This document shows positions 36,693-49,127 of a stretch of 64,000 bases of DNA, piece by piece; the first letter of the stretch is position 1; each line of letters begins with the position of its first letter. Under the pieces are notes generated by a model. It made no database searches. It worked only from the letters and a program-made list of their open reading frames with translations, and was not told the origin of the DNA. The DNA comes from Malacoraja senta (Eukaryota). The position numbers and the translations under genes were made by a program. Location of the stretch: contig CM075993.1 in NCBI GenBank assembly GCA_038087875.1, positions 10,418,001 to 10,482,000 on the forward strand, read 5' to 3'.

Positions 36693-39587
36693 CTAGGTCC
36701 ATATCCCTGCCTTCTCCCCGTAGCCCCTTATCCCCTTGGCAGCTAAAAAAACATCTATTTTAGACTTAAATATATTTAATGTTTCTGCTTCCACTGCTCC
36801 CTGGGGCAGTGAATTCCATAAATTAACCACCCTCTGGGTGAAGAAGTTCTTCCTCATCTCAGTTTTAAAAGAGCCCCCCCTTATTCTACAACTATGTCCC
36901 CTAGTTCTAGTTTCCCCGATCATTGGGAACATCCTCGGTGCATCCACCCGATCAAGGCCCCTCACGATCTTATATGTTTCAATAAGATCGCCTCTCATTC
37001 TTCTAAACTCCAAAGAGTAGAGTTCCAGCCTACTTAACCTTTCCTCATATGTCAATCCCCTCATTGCAGGAATTAATCTTGTAAACCTTCGCTGCACTGC
37101 CTCCAGGGCCAGTACATCCTTTCTTAAGTATGGACCCCAGAACTGTACACAGTATTCCAAATGTGGTCTCACTAATACTGTGTACAGCTGCAGCAAGACC
37201 TCCGTGTTTTTATACTCAATCCCCCTAGCAATAAAGGCCAAAACTCCATTGGCCTTCCTGATTGCTTGCTGCACCTGCATACTAACTTTTAGTGATTCAT
37301 GTACTACTACCCCTAGATCCCTTTGCGTTGCATTACAACGCAGCTCCACCTCATTTAGAAAATAACTTGCCCTATCATTTTTTTTCCCAAAGTGAATGAC
37401 TTCACATTTATTAGTATTAAATTTCATCTGCCAAGTTGTTGCCCACTCCCCTAGCTTATCTATATCCTATTGCAGACTCTTCCTATCCTCCTCATCCCCT
37501 ACTTTTCCTCCCATTTTTGTATCGTCCGCAAATTTTGATATATTACACTTGGTTCCCTCCTCCAAATCATTTATATAAATTGTGAACAACTGGGGTCCCA
37601 GCACCGACCCTTGCGGAACCCCGCTAGTTACCGGTTGCCATCCCGAGTATGAACCATTTATCCCCACTCTCTGCTTCCTATTTGTTAGCCAATCCTCTAC
37701 CCATGCTAATATATTACCCCCAATCCCATAATTATTTATTTTTAGCAATAGTCTCTTATGTGGCACCTTGTCAAAAGCCTTTTGGAAGTCCAAGTATACC
37801 ACATCCACCGGTTCCCCTTTATCCACCCGGGTTGTTACTTCCTCAAAGAATTCGAGCAGATTCGTCAAACAGGACTTCCCCTTCACAAAACCATGCTGGT
37901 TCTGTCCGATGAAGTCATGTTTATCCAAGTGCCCCGTTAGTGTTTCTTTAATAATTGTCTCTAACATTTTACCCACCACCGATGTTAGACTAACCGGTCT
38001 ATAGTTACCCGCCTTCTGTTTACTTCCTTTTTTAAATATAGGTGTTACATTGGCCATTTTCCAATCCACTGGGACCGTTCCTGACTCCAGGGAGTTTTGG
38101 AAAATTATCACCAATGCATCCACAATCCCCACCGCTATCTCCCTCAAGACCCTTGGATGTAATCCATCAGGCCCAGGGGATTTATCCTCCTTCAGTCTCA
38201 TTAATTTCCCTAATACCACCTCCTTGGTGATCTTAATAGTATTTAGCTCCTCCATTCCTACCGCCCCCTGTTTATCCAGCGTTGGAATATTTTTTGTGTC
38301 TTCTATGGTGAAGACTGATACAAAATACTCGTTTAATGCCTTTGCCATTTCCATGTTCCCCACCAACAACTCTCCAGTCTCACCCTCCAATGGACCAACG
38401 TTCACCTTAGCCACCCTTTTTCTTTTTATATAGCTATAAAAACTCTTACTATTAGTTTTTATGTTGTTCGCTAAATTCCTTTCATAGTCTATTTTCCCCG
38501 TCTTAATTAATCTCTTAGTTATTTTTTGCTGACCTTTAAATGCTTCCCAATCCTCTACCCTCCCACTATCTCTGGCTACCTTATATGCCCTTGCCTTCAG
38601 CCGAATACTATCCTTTATAGTTTTACTGAGCCATGGCTGACTGTTCTTTCCCTTACCCCTTTTTTTCTTCATAGGAATAAATTTTTCTTGAAGGTTATAC
38701 AGTAGATCCTTAAACGTACACCACTGCTCATGTACCGTCTTATTCTTGAGTCTGCTATCCCAGTCAACTTTGATCAGCTCAGTCCTCATACCTTCATAAT
38801 CCCCCTTATTTAGACTAAGTATCCTAGCCTGAGTTTCAACCTGCTCTCCTTCTATTTGAATATGGAATTCGACCATATTGTGGTCACTTGTTCCCAACGA
38901 GTCCCTAACTATGACATTTTTAATTAATCCTGCTTCATTACACGGGACCAGATCCAAGATTGCCTCCCCCCTTGTCGGTTCTGTGACATACTGTTCTAGG
39001 AACCCGTCTCTAATACATTCTATAAACTCTTCCTCTAGTCTACCCTGCCCAGTTTGGTTTGCCCAATTAATATGAAAATTGAAGTCCCCCATGATTACAG
39101 CAGTTCCCTTTTTACATGCGTCAACTATTTGCAGATTTATGTTCTGACTAACAGCGTCACAGCTATTTGGAGGTCTATAAATTACACCCACTAGTGTTTT
39201 TTTCCCCTTGTTATTCTCTATCTGTACCCAAGCTGTTTCACTATCCTGATCTTTCAACGCAATATCCTTCCTCTCTATTGCCGTTATTCCCTCCCTTATT
39301 AAAAGGGCCACCCCTCCTCCCTTTCTTTCCTGTCTATCTTTTCTAATTGTCGAGTACCCCTCTATATTTAACTCCCAATCCTGATCCCCTTGCAGCCATG
39401 TCTCCGTAATGGCCACGATATCATAACTATATATACTTAATTGCACCGTTAATTCATTTATCTTATTTCGAATACTCCGTGCATTTAGATACAGCACTTT
39501 CAGATGATTTTTACTACCCTTCCTTTCTGTTTTTGCCCCTTTTACATCTAGAGCTTTATCTTCACACATTCTGGATCCTCCTGTCAC
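36693..39587 (-). pseudogene. CR1 ORF2 (APE endonuclease + RT) with a single in-frame TAG at 37467-37469
   Basis: The 706-aa and 244-aa ORFs share one frame; motifs [28 protein letters not shown]. Confidence 0.95.
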
Positions 39588-39676
39588 ATTTTGATTTTCC
39601 GTTTCCCCACTGATACCCTGCTCTATTTCCTCTACCCCTGCCGTTATTACCCCCCTTGATACCTCCCCCCCGCTAC

Positions 39677-40631
39677 TTAGTTTAAAGACCTCTCTACTGC
39701 CCTAGTTATATGATTTGCCAGGACCCCAGTCCCAGCACCGTTCAGGTGAAGTCCGTCCTTACAGAACAGATCCCCCCCTGTCCCAGTACTGGTGCCAGTG
39801 GCCCAAGAAACCAAACCCATTTTTCCCACACCAGTCTTTGACCCACGCATTCAGCTTTTTAATTTTACGTACCCTCGCCGATTTGGCCCGTGGCTCAGGT
39901 AGCAATCCGGAGATCAGTACCCTCGAGGTTCTGCTTTTTAATTTATTCCCTAACTGCTCAAACTCCTTCAGCAGATCCTCCTTCCTCGTCCTTCCTATGT
40001 CATTGGTCCCCACATGGACCACGACCACTGGATCCTCCCCCTCACTCTGCAAATTTCTCTCCAGCATCGCAGAGATATCCTTAACCCTAGCACCGGGTAG
40101 GCAACACAGCCTTCGGGACATGTTCTGCTGGCCGCAGAGAACCTTATCTACCCCCCGAATAATACTATCCCCTATCACAACGGCATTTCTTCTAACTCCC
40201 CCCTCTTGAATGGCCCCCTGATCCACGGTGCTGCAGCCAGGTTGCTCATCCCTCCCACAGCCCCTGATCCCGTCCTCACATTGAGTAAGAGCCTCGGTCA
40301 TGCTCGTCAGGGACAAGGGCTGTGGCTCCTGCCGCATCTCCTCCTGGTTCCCCCTACCTGCCTCGCTTATGACCACACCTTCCTTTCCCTGCTCACTAAC
40401 TACTGAATTAGTTAAACTGGTCGGTGTGACCATCCCCTGGCACAAAACATCCAGGTAATACTCCCCCTCCCTGATGCACCGCAGCGTATGAAGTTGGGTC
40501 TCCAGCTCATCAATGCGGAGCTCGAGTTCCGCTAGCCTCAAACACTTACTGCAGCTGTAGGGATCATCTACATCAATGGTGTCGACAAATTCCCACATCT
40601 CACAGTATTGGCACATCTCCTGGCCGCCCAT
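39677..40631 (-). pseudogene. CR1 ORF1 (zinc finger/leucine zipper + SGNH esterase-like) with one homopolymer frameshift at about 39772-39778
   Basis: CQYC..CSKC, LELRIDELETQL, VIGDSIIRG, VHVGTND; the shifted frame resumes LFCKDGLHLNGAG..ERSLN*. Confidence 0.9.
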
Positions 40632-43158
40632 CTTATATAAGTAATTAACTGGTCCTATTAAGAATCCCCTACCCGGATTACTGTATTAAAACACCCCTTA
40701 TTTATATAATCCTACCTCCTATAAATGGGAAAGTACTTACCCCAGCCGTAAATTACCTACTGGTTTGGCTGTCTAGTGGTAATTCCGTCCGCTCTTCCTG
40801 TCTGGTCCACTGCTCCCTTGCAGTGCGTGGCCTACCTCTTAGCCTCTGTTAGCCTCTCGAGCCGCGGCTCCGTCCTTCCTCCCTCGGCGACAGCCCGGGC
40901 CGCACCTGTGGCACCTGTGGCACCGCGGTCGTCACAGAGGGTTGATGAAGGGGAGGAGACAGCAAGGGCTAGCAAAATTGGGAGAATTCAATGTTCATGC
41001 CCCCAGGATGTAGACTGCCCAAGCGGAATATGAGGTGCATTTCCTCCGGTGTTGCTCGCTGTGGCCATCGAGGAGACCCAGGACAGAGAGGTCAGATACG
41101 GAATAGGAGGGGGAGTTGAAGTGCTGAGCCACCGGGAGGTCAGGTTGGTTATTGCGGACCAACCGGAGGTGTTCGGCGAAACGATCGCCAAGCCTCCGCT
41201 TGGTCACACCGATGTAGATCAGCTGACATCTAGAGCAGCGGATGCAATAGATGAGGTTGGAGGAGATGCAGGTGAACCTCTGTCGCACCTGGAACGACTG
41301 CTTAGGTCCTTGAATGGAGTCGAGGGGGGAGGTGAAGGGACAAGTGTTGCATCTCTTGCGGTTGCAAGGGAAAGTACCCGGGGAGGGGGTGGTACTCTCG
41401 TTCGTTTTGTTCTCGCCTTGTTCGATCCTGACTATGGGTGCTGTACATATGAAGTGTACACGTTCTCCCTGTGACCGCGTGGGTTTTCTCCAGGTACTCC
41501 GGTTTCCTTGCACATTCCAAAGACATGCAGGGTTGTAGGTTAATTGGATTCTGCAAAATTGTAGCTACTGTGTAGGATAGAACTAGTGAGCGGGTTCACT
41601 AGTCGGCACGGACTCGGTGGGCTTGTTTCCACGCCTCATCTCTAAACTAAAAACATGCAACTCATTTTCATGTTGCCCTTTTAGGTGGCAAGTAAAGCAT
41701 TCCCTTGTGATTGCCTTTTGTTAACGAGAGTCAGTCGTGTTGTTGGGATAATACAGCATGGAAACAGGCCATTCGTCCCACTGTATAGACGTGGACGCAC
41801 ATCTTACCGCACTTGGCCAATTGCCTTCATGCCTGGGTGATTGAAATGCTTGTCTTGATGCTTAAATGCTATTAGCCACTCTGCTTCTTGGTGTTTAGCT
41901 GGTCAATGTATTGCAGCCTCGTGTGCCTGCCTCCCGCTGGTCTTAGTGATTTGGCTTTCTGAGTAGCTGTATCATTCAGATATGTCTGATGCAAGAATAC
42001 ATATCGTGCCGTTATCACAGCTTTCAGCTCAACTCATGATGACAATCATTACCAAGAGGCTATTAAACACCTGCTGCAGTTATATATAAAAACACACAAA
42101 ATGCTCAGTAACAGCAGGCTAATAATGTCTCTGGAGAACATGGATAGGTAATGTTTTGGATCAGGACTCTTATTCAGACTGATTGTATTGGGGGGGGGGG
42201 GGTGAGAGAAAGCTCGACGAGGTGGGGGTGGGACAAGCCTGGCAAGTGATAGGTGGACACAAAGTGCTGGAGTAACTTAGCGGGCCAGGCAGCATCTCTG
42301 GAGAACAACGAATGCTAACATTCTGGGAGCCCGAAACGCCACTCATCCTTTTCTCCAGAGATGCTGCCTGATCTGTTGAGATACTCTGGCATTTAGTGTC
42401 TGTCTTTGGTATAAACCCAGCAGCTGCAGTCCCTTTCTACACAAGTGATGCAGATGAGGAGGCTCGATTGGCAAATGTGTGTACGAAGGCCAGAGATGAA
42501 AAATAAGATAAATGATTGTGGGATATGCGGAGGAGACATGAAATGTGAAGCCAGAGAAAGGAATAAAGGTGGAAGGGGGCAGCAGAGTGGAAGAAGTAGG
42601 TGCATTAAGGTGCGGCAAGGGTAGAGAGGGGAGTAAAGAGGGCGGAGAGGGTGGGAGTATTGGCCAGCGCGGTGCTATTGGTTACTTACTGACATTGGAG
42701 AATTTCATGTTCATACTGTTGTGTTATGAGCTAAAGGAAAAATGTTAGTATTGTATGGAAGAGATTAAAGAAAGGGTATTCTTCATTCTTTAAATGATAT
42801 ACATGTGTTGGAGTGATTTGGTGAAAGCGAGAGATTGCAGTGCTGCTGTAGGTGGTCTCCCTACCCCTGTTAGACTAAGATCAAGGCTGAAGCTAAAGAG
42901 AACTGACAGGATAATTTGTAAATACACGTGTCCTAGATTACTGCAGAATGAGAGGACACAGTGGTTTGTGGAGAATGTAAGTAATTAAGCAAAGCAATAT
43001 TTCCATTTTGTAGCCAGCATGCACTGGGAGACCATTGTGGCGCTGACATTGTCACTGAGCTCAGCTCCCAGTATTGAACCACTGAGTATATGAACAACCA
43101 GTTCATGGTGCCCTGGCATAGTGAAGGTTGTTTGGATGTAACACGCCACCAAATGCAC

Positions 43159-43350
43159 AGTAGACAAAAATGCTGGAGAAACTCAGCGGGTGAGGCCGCA
43201 TTTATGGAGCGAAGGAAATAGGCGTAGTTTCAGGTCGAGACCCGAAACGTTGCCTATTTCCTTCGCTCCATAAATGTGGCCTCACCCGCTGAGTTTCTCC
43301 AGCATTTTTGTCTACCTTTGATTTTCCAGCGTCAGCAGTTCCTTCTTAAC
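43159..43350. mobile_element. PLE-derived palindrome
   Basis: Inverted arms around 43235 with the tail on the right arm. Confidence 0.85.
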
Positions 43351-43429
43351 CAAATCCAGAAGTGACTTTTCGCAAATAGGCTCGACTGCAAGCTACTCTA
43401 AGAAACCATCTCATGGCACGCTACAACTT

Positions 43430-44030
43430 CTTTCTCTTGGGATCTGTGGTTTTCCCAGTTTACCTGCACATTGAAATCCCCCATGACCACTGTAACATTG
43501 CCTGTCTTTAATGCCGATTTTATCTCCTGATTTAATTTGTTCGCTACATCCTGGCTACAGTTCGGAGGCATGTATACATGTATAGCCCTTGTGGTTTCTT
43601 AGCTCTACCCACAAGGATAATACATCTTCTGATCCCAAGGACTGAATTTCATTTCTTACCAGTATAGCTACCCCACCCCCTCTGCCCACCTGTCTCTTTC
43701 GGATGGAATGTAACCTCTTTAAGGCATGTCTGATGCCCACATTATCCCGTCTTAAATTTTCTGCACTCTCCTTCCCTTTAGCTTCATCCTTACATTTCCA
43801 ATTTGTTGCCCCCTCCCCCCACCAACCCACTATTTAGTTTAAAGCCTTATTTACGGCCCTTGTTATGTGGTTTGCCAGGACCCTGGTCCCAGCAGGGTTC
43901 AAGTGGAGTCTGTCCTAGCTCCCCAATACTGATGTCCCACAAATACAAACCCACTTCTCCCACACCAATCTTGGAGCCACGCGTTCAACTCTTTAATCTT
44001 CTCGATCCTATGCCAGTTTGCTTGTCCACG
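43430..44030 (-). mobile_element. Degenerate CR1 ORF1-end/ORF2-start fragments
   Basis: RQVGRGGGVAIL..LWVELRN, MGDFN-like remnants. Confidence 0.7.
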
Positions 44031-45444
44031 TAAAACTGGGAAGCAACATAGACAAGAACCAGGATAAATTGTAAAACCAACATCAAAAATGTGTGATCAA
44101 TATTAGACCTTCAGTTTGCTAACTCTGAGCGACAGGTTCAAAGACACTGGTGCATGAATTTATTGGTGGAACACCAGGTTGACGTCTCTCTCTGACATGA
44201 ATGTGACCTTATTTATGACCAGCATGTGATATTTTCATGCCTGCTTTCCCAAAAATAATTCCTTTTTTAGCTCATAACCTTAAATTAGCTGCCAAGCTTC
44301 TTACATAACAACAGTGACTGGACTTTAAAAGTGATTAGTTGTCTGACAAGCCCTTGGTGAAATCCTGAAATAATGAAGTACGGCATGTAAGTGCAAGTTT
44401 GTTCCAATGAAGGACCTGGCTTTTCTCAGCATCTCTTTTTCAGAACCATACAGTCATTCAGCACGGAAACAAGCCCTTTGGCACAACTTGTCCATGCTAA
44501 CCAAGATGCCCTATCTAAGTTAGTCCTATTTGCCCATGTTTGGCCCATATCCCTCACCCTTTCCTCTCTGTGTCTTTTAACCCTCACCCTTTCCTCTCTG
44601 TGTCTTTTAAATGCTGTTATTGTACCTGCCTCAAACACGTCCTCTGGCAGTTTGATCCGTATACGCACTACCCTCTGAATGGAAAAAGTTGTCTCTAAGG
44701 TTCCTATTAAATCTTTTCCCCTCTCACCTTAGATCTTTGTCCTCTGATTCCTGATGCCCATACCTAGGGTAAAAGAATCTGCGTTCACGGTATCTATTTC
44801 TTTTATGAATGTATACACTGCCATAAGATCACTCCTCTGCCTCCTGCGTTCTAAGGAATAAAGTCTTAGCCTGCCCAACCTCCCGCAAAAGCTCCGGCCC
44901 TCGAGTCCTAGCAACATCTTCATAAATCTTCTCCGCACTACTCCCCACTTTTTATTAGGTAGTGTTTGTATTTTAGGTAATCAAAACGTTCTAGAGTTTC
45001 CAAGAACCTTTTGCATACTTAAATCTAGTCATCAGTTGCTGGATAGATTTCTTTGCTCAATGCAAACTGACCGATGATCCTCCCAGTTTTTTATTGCAAA
45101 ATATATAATTGAAGTGAAACATGCAAAGAATAAACTTTTACATTAAACTACAACTAGAGAGGACAGGGATTTTGGTATTAAAAACACCAGCCAAGTCTGG
45201 CTCATTACGGCCTCAATTGTAGGTTTTTTATATATTTCAGGAAAAATAAGGTTTTTGTGCAAGGGAATGAGAGAGCCAGACAGTTAAATAGCTTTCACGT
45301 GGGCAATTAAATTCTTCAGTCCAAAATTTCCTTGGAGCTCCATCAGTTCCTCTGCTGTTGTAACATCTTAAATTACTGTAGATACAGTCGGATTCTCACT
45401 GTGCCTTCAGGTTACGACCTGAAACTAATTCTAGACAAGACTTA

Positions 45445-45751
45445 AGGGCGGCACGGTGGCGCAACTGTAATAGTTGCTGCCTTGCAATGCCAGAGACCTG
45501 GGTTTGATCCTGACTGCGGGTGCTGTCTGTACAGAGTTTGCATGTTCTCCCCATGACCTGCATGGGTTTTCCCCGGATGTTCCAGGTTTCCTCCCACACT
45601 CCAAAGAAGTACAGGTTTGTGGGCTGATTGGCTTTAAAATTGTAAATTGTCCCTAGTGTGTGTAGGATAGTGTTAGTGTGCGGGGATTACTGGTCGGCAC
45701 GGACTCGGTGGGCTGAAGGGTCCATTTCCACCCTGTATCTCCAAACTAAAC
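45445..45751 (+). mobile_element. V-SINE
   Basis: Full head, V-domain and tail. Confidence 0.87.
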
Positions 45752-46263
45752 TTAATGATGTTTCTCTCTATGTAAAACAAACAAGTCATGCATCTAAACG
45801 TGTTTTCAACTGATATTAGAGTAGATTGTTTTTGCCAATTTTTGCCAACATGGTCAACCAGGGTTAAAACCGCCCCGCACGGTAAAAGCAATGTTGAAGC
45901 ATGAGTTTGAAGCAAGTAAGCAGAAGCTGCAGCCACACACCCATGTCGGCCAGTCCAATACCTCTGGAATCCACATTCCCAATATATCACTATCACTCGC
46001 AAAGTCCTGACCAAACATGGTTAAAAGTTAAAAATCACTGCACATTGCTATCAGTTGATTTTTCTTCATCTATAGACTTTACTTTATAGAGTCATCTTTT
46101 GCAAAGATCATGGAAGAATGAAGTTATGTAAAATTAGATTTATTTATTGACTACAATTTGTCAATAATGCAGACTGCACTGAACCAAGGTAAATGACTAA
46201 TTGCAGTGCAAGAATATAGAGCTGGCCCATCGACCCACACTGTCTGCCAAACATGATGCCAAG

Positions 46264-47167
46264 CTCTCTCTCCCCATCCCCCCACTCACAACAAGGGCAG
46301 AGTCCCCCTAGTCCTCACCTTTCACCCCACCAGCCGTCACATACAACAAGTGATCCTCCGTCAGTTTCTCCACCTCCAACGTGACCCCACCACTCGCCAC
46401 ATCTTCCCATCTCCCCCCATGTCTGCCTTCCGCAAAGACCGCTCCCTCCGTAACTCCCTTGTCAATTCTTCCCTTCCCTCCCATACCACCCCCTCCCCTG
46501 GTACTTTCCCTTGCAACCGCAAGAGATGCAACACTTGTCCCTTCACCTCCCCCCTCTACTCCATTCAAGGACCCAAGCAGTCGTTCCAGGTGCGACAGAG
46601 GTTCACCTGCATCTCCTCCAACCTCATCTATTGCATCCGCTGCTCTAGATGCCAGCTGATCTACATCGGTGAGACCAAGCGGAGGCTTGGCGATCGTTTC
46701 GCCGAACACCTCCGGTCGGTCCGCAATAACCAACCTGACCTCCTGGTGGCTCAGCACTTCAACTCCCCCTCCCATTCCGTATCTGACCTCTCTGTCCTGG
46801 GTCTCCTCCATGGCCACAGCGAGCAACACCGTAAATTGGAGGAAATGCACCTCATATTCCGCTTGGGCAGTCTACATCCTGGGGGCTTGAACATTGAATT
46901 CTCCCAATTCTGCTAGCCCTTGCTGTCCCCTCCCCTTCATCAGCCATCTGGTTGTCTCCTCCCCTCCCCCAGCCCTCGGGCTCCTCCTCCACCTTTTTCC
47001 TTTTTTCTTTTCTTCTCCCCACCCCCTATCAGTCTGAAGAAGGGTTTCGGCCCGAAACGTTACCTATTTCCTTCGCTCCATAGATGCTGCTGCACCCGCT
47101 GAGTTTCTCCAGCATTTTTGTGTACCTTTCATTTTCCAGCATCTGCAGTTCCTTCTTTAACCACAAC
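46264..47167 (+). mobile_element. 5'-truncated Penelope-like element: open GIY-YIG C-terminus (to 46916), 3' repeat with hammerhead-like motif, 14-bp TSD
   Basis: CNRKRCNTC..SNLIYCIRCSRCQLIYIGETKRRLGDRFAEH..RKLEE..GLN; AACATGATGCCAAG at 46250-46263 and 47168-47181. Confidence 0.92.
47034..47061 (+). ncRNA. Minimal hammerhead-ribozyme-like motif in PLE terminal repeat
   Basis: CUGAAGA-A-GGGU(UUCG)GCCC-GAAA-CGUU; palindromic ACGU helix III; helix I weak. Confidence 0.55.
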
Positions 47168-47549
47168 AACATGATGCCAAGTTAAACTGTTCTCCTCTGC
47201 CAGCACGTGATCCATCTGCCTTTGTTCCCTCCATATTCATGTGCCTATCTATAAGCCTCTTAAACCCCACAGTTGTATCTGCCTCCACCACAACCCCTGG
47301 CAGCGCATCCAGGTACCCAGCACTCTGTGTGTGTGTGTGTGTGTGTGTCAAAAAACTTGACCTGCAGGTCTGCTTTAATCTTTGCCCCTATCTCCTTATG
47401 ACTTCCGCTCCTTGACATTTCCACCCTGAGGAGGAAGAAGGTTCTGACTGTCTACCCTATATACATCTGAGGTCTCACCTCTACCTCCTGCTATTCTGCT
47501 CTTATATCCTCGTATTTTAACTGGGTGTAAAACACCTTTCCACAGAGAC

Positions 47550-47682
47550 ACAGAGTCTGAAGAAGGGTCTCGAACCGAAACGTCACCCATTCCTTCTCTC
47601 CAGAGATGCTGCCTGTCACGCTGAGTTACTCCAGCATTTTGTATCTACCTTTGATTTAAACCAGCATCTGTAGTTCTTTCTT
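47550..47682 (+). mobile_element. Single-arm PLE terminal repeat with 18-bp TSD, nested in an older PLE remnant (about 47500-48440)
   Basis: ACACCTTTCCACAGAGAC at 47532-47549 and 47683-47700; the insert starts 7 nt before CTGAAGA. Confidence 0.85.
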
Positions 47683-49127
47683 ACACCTTTCCACAGAGAC
47701 CACTGCCTCCGCAACTCCTTGGTTCACTCATCACTTCCCACCCAAACTACTCCGTTTTCAGGTACTTTCCCCTGCAACACCTGTCCTTATACCACCTTCC
47801 TCACGCCCTTTGAGGGACCTCAGCACCCCTTCCAGGTGAGACAGCTTCACATGCACCCCCTCAAACCTCATCTACTGTGTTTATGCTTCCACTGTGGGAT
47901 CTTTTACCTCAGTGAGACCAAGTGTAGACTAGGTGAATTTTGCTGAAGACCTGTGCTCGGTTAGTCAAGACCTGCTGGATTTCCCAGTTGCTCACCATTT
48001 CAATTCTCCTTCCCATTCCCATACTGACCTTTCTATCCTGGGCCGCCTCGATTGCCAGAGTAAGGTCACGTGCAAACTGGAGGAACAGCACCTCATATCC
48101 ACTTGGGTAGCTTACAGTTCTGAACATTAAATTTTCCAATTTTGGGTAACTAACCAAAAACCACCTTACCCCTCTGTTTTCCTCCCTCTTTTACCTAAGT
48201 CCCACAGGATGCACACCCATCCCCCCCCCCCCCCTCCCTCCAATCAAGTTCCCCTCGCCTGTATCTACCCTTCACTTTTCTGGCTTTGTCCCTCGTAGCA
48301 TCCTTCCCCCACTATCACAGTCAGTCTGAAGAAGGATCCTGACAAGAAACATTGCTTATCCATGTCCTCCAGAGAAGCTGCCTGACACGTTGAATTACTC
48401 CAGTACAGTGTGTAATTTTTTGCAGTACCTTGTGTCTATTTTTGCTGTTCTATTGTTGACTAGCAATGAGAAACTTCATAAAGCCCAAAAAGTGACTAGT
48501 GGATGCTACTCTGTTTTGTTATGTTTTGGGTTTCCCTCCATGTGTACAATGTAAGTGCACTAAAATCTGGACTTGAAGACAGATGGCTGACTTCAGTATT
48601 TGGGTCTCGACCCGAAACGTCACCTATTCCTTTGCTCCATAGATGCTGCCTCACCCACTGAGTTTCTCCAGCATTTTTGTCTACCTTCAGTATTTTGGAG
48701 TCCCTTGGAATGGAGGGAGACACTGCCACCTTTTGTCAGCTTGTGAAAGTTCTATCTTTCATCTGAGTGGCTGGTCTTGCTTTATCCGGGCACATTAGCT
48801 GTTATAATATGACGGAGTGGAGGTACTAGGTTGACTGAGGAGACGCATTGCTCCAAGCAACAGCAGCAATTCCCCTATTGTTGTGCTGCGCACACCCTCA
48901 GCAAGTCTATGTGAGCACAAATACACCACTGAGCTGCAGTTAAAATGGAGAGCCCCTTCTTCTGCCTACTTTATTTTCTCATATTTGAGCTAGCTCGGAT
49001 ATATTTGCCACTATTTCAGAATTCAGCCAAGACTATCCCATGACGTGATTGCACTAGAGAAGGTGCGCCGAAGGATAGCAAGAATGTTGCCAGGTCTGGA
49101 AGGTTTTATCTAGGAAGAAAGATTAGA

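Larger units (their letters stand above)
36355..40934 (-). mobile_element. Near full-length CR1 LINE (about 4.6 kb)
   Basis: GC-rich 5' end, ORF1, ORF2, 3' UTR with (TTTCTATG)3 tail; CAGAG on both sides (36350-36354, 40935-40939). Confidence 0.95.
36171..41687 (-). mobile_element. PLE insertion (3' repeat 36171-36354; GIY-YIG part 40935-41395) carrying an inverted flank copy and a nested CR1
   Basis: 14-bp TSD GCAAGTAAAGCATT at 36157-36170 and 41688-41701; SNLIYCIRCSRCQLIYIG..RLGDRFAEH. Confidence 0.88.

Noticed and set aside
37467..37469. In-frame TAG as programmed readthrough
   Set aside because: The CR1 copy near 310 has a sense codon at the equivalent position, so a point mutation is the simpler explanation
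39759..40631. SGNH esterase ORF as a nested host gene
   Set aside because: Known CR1 ORF1 architecture lying directly upstream of ORF2
46350..46916. GIY-YIG ORF as a domesticated gene or homing endonuclease
   Set aside because: 5'-truncated, TSD-flanked PLE with several near-identical broken copies in the window
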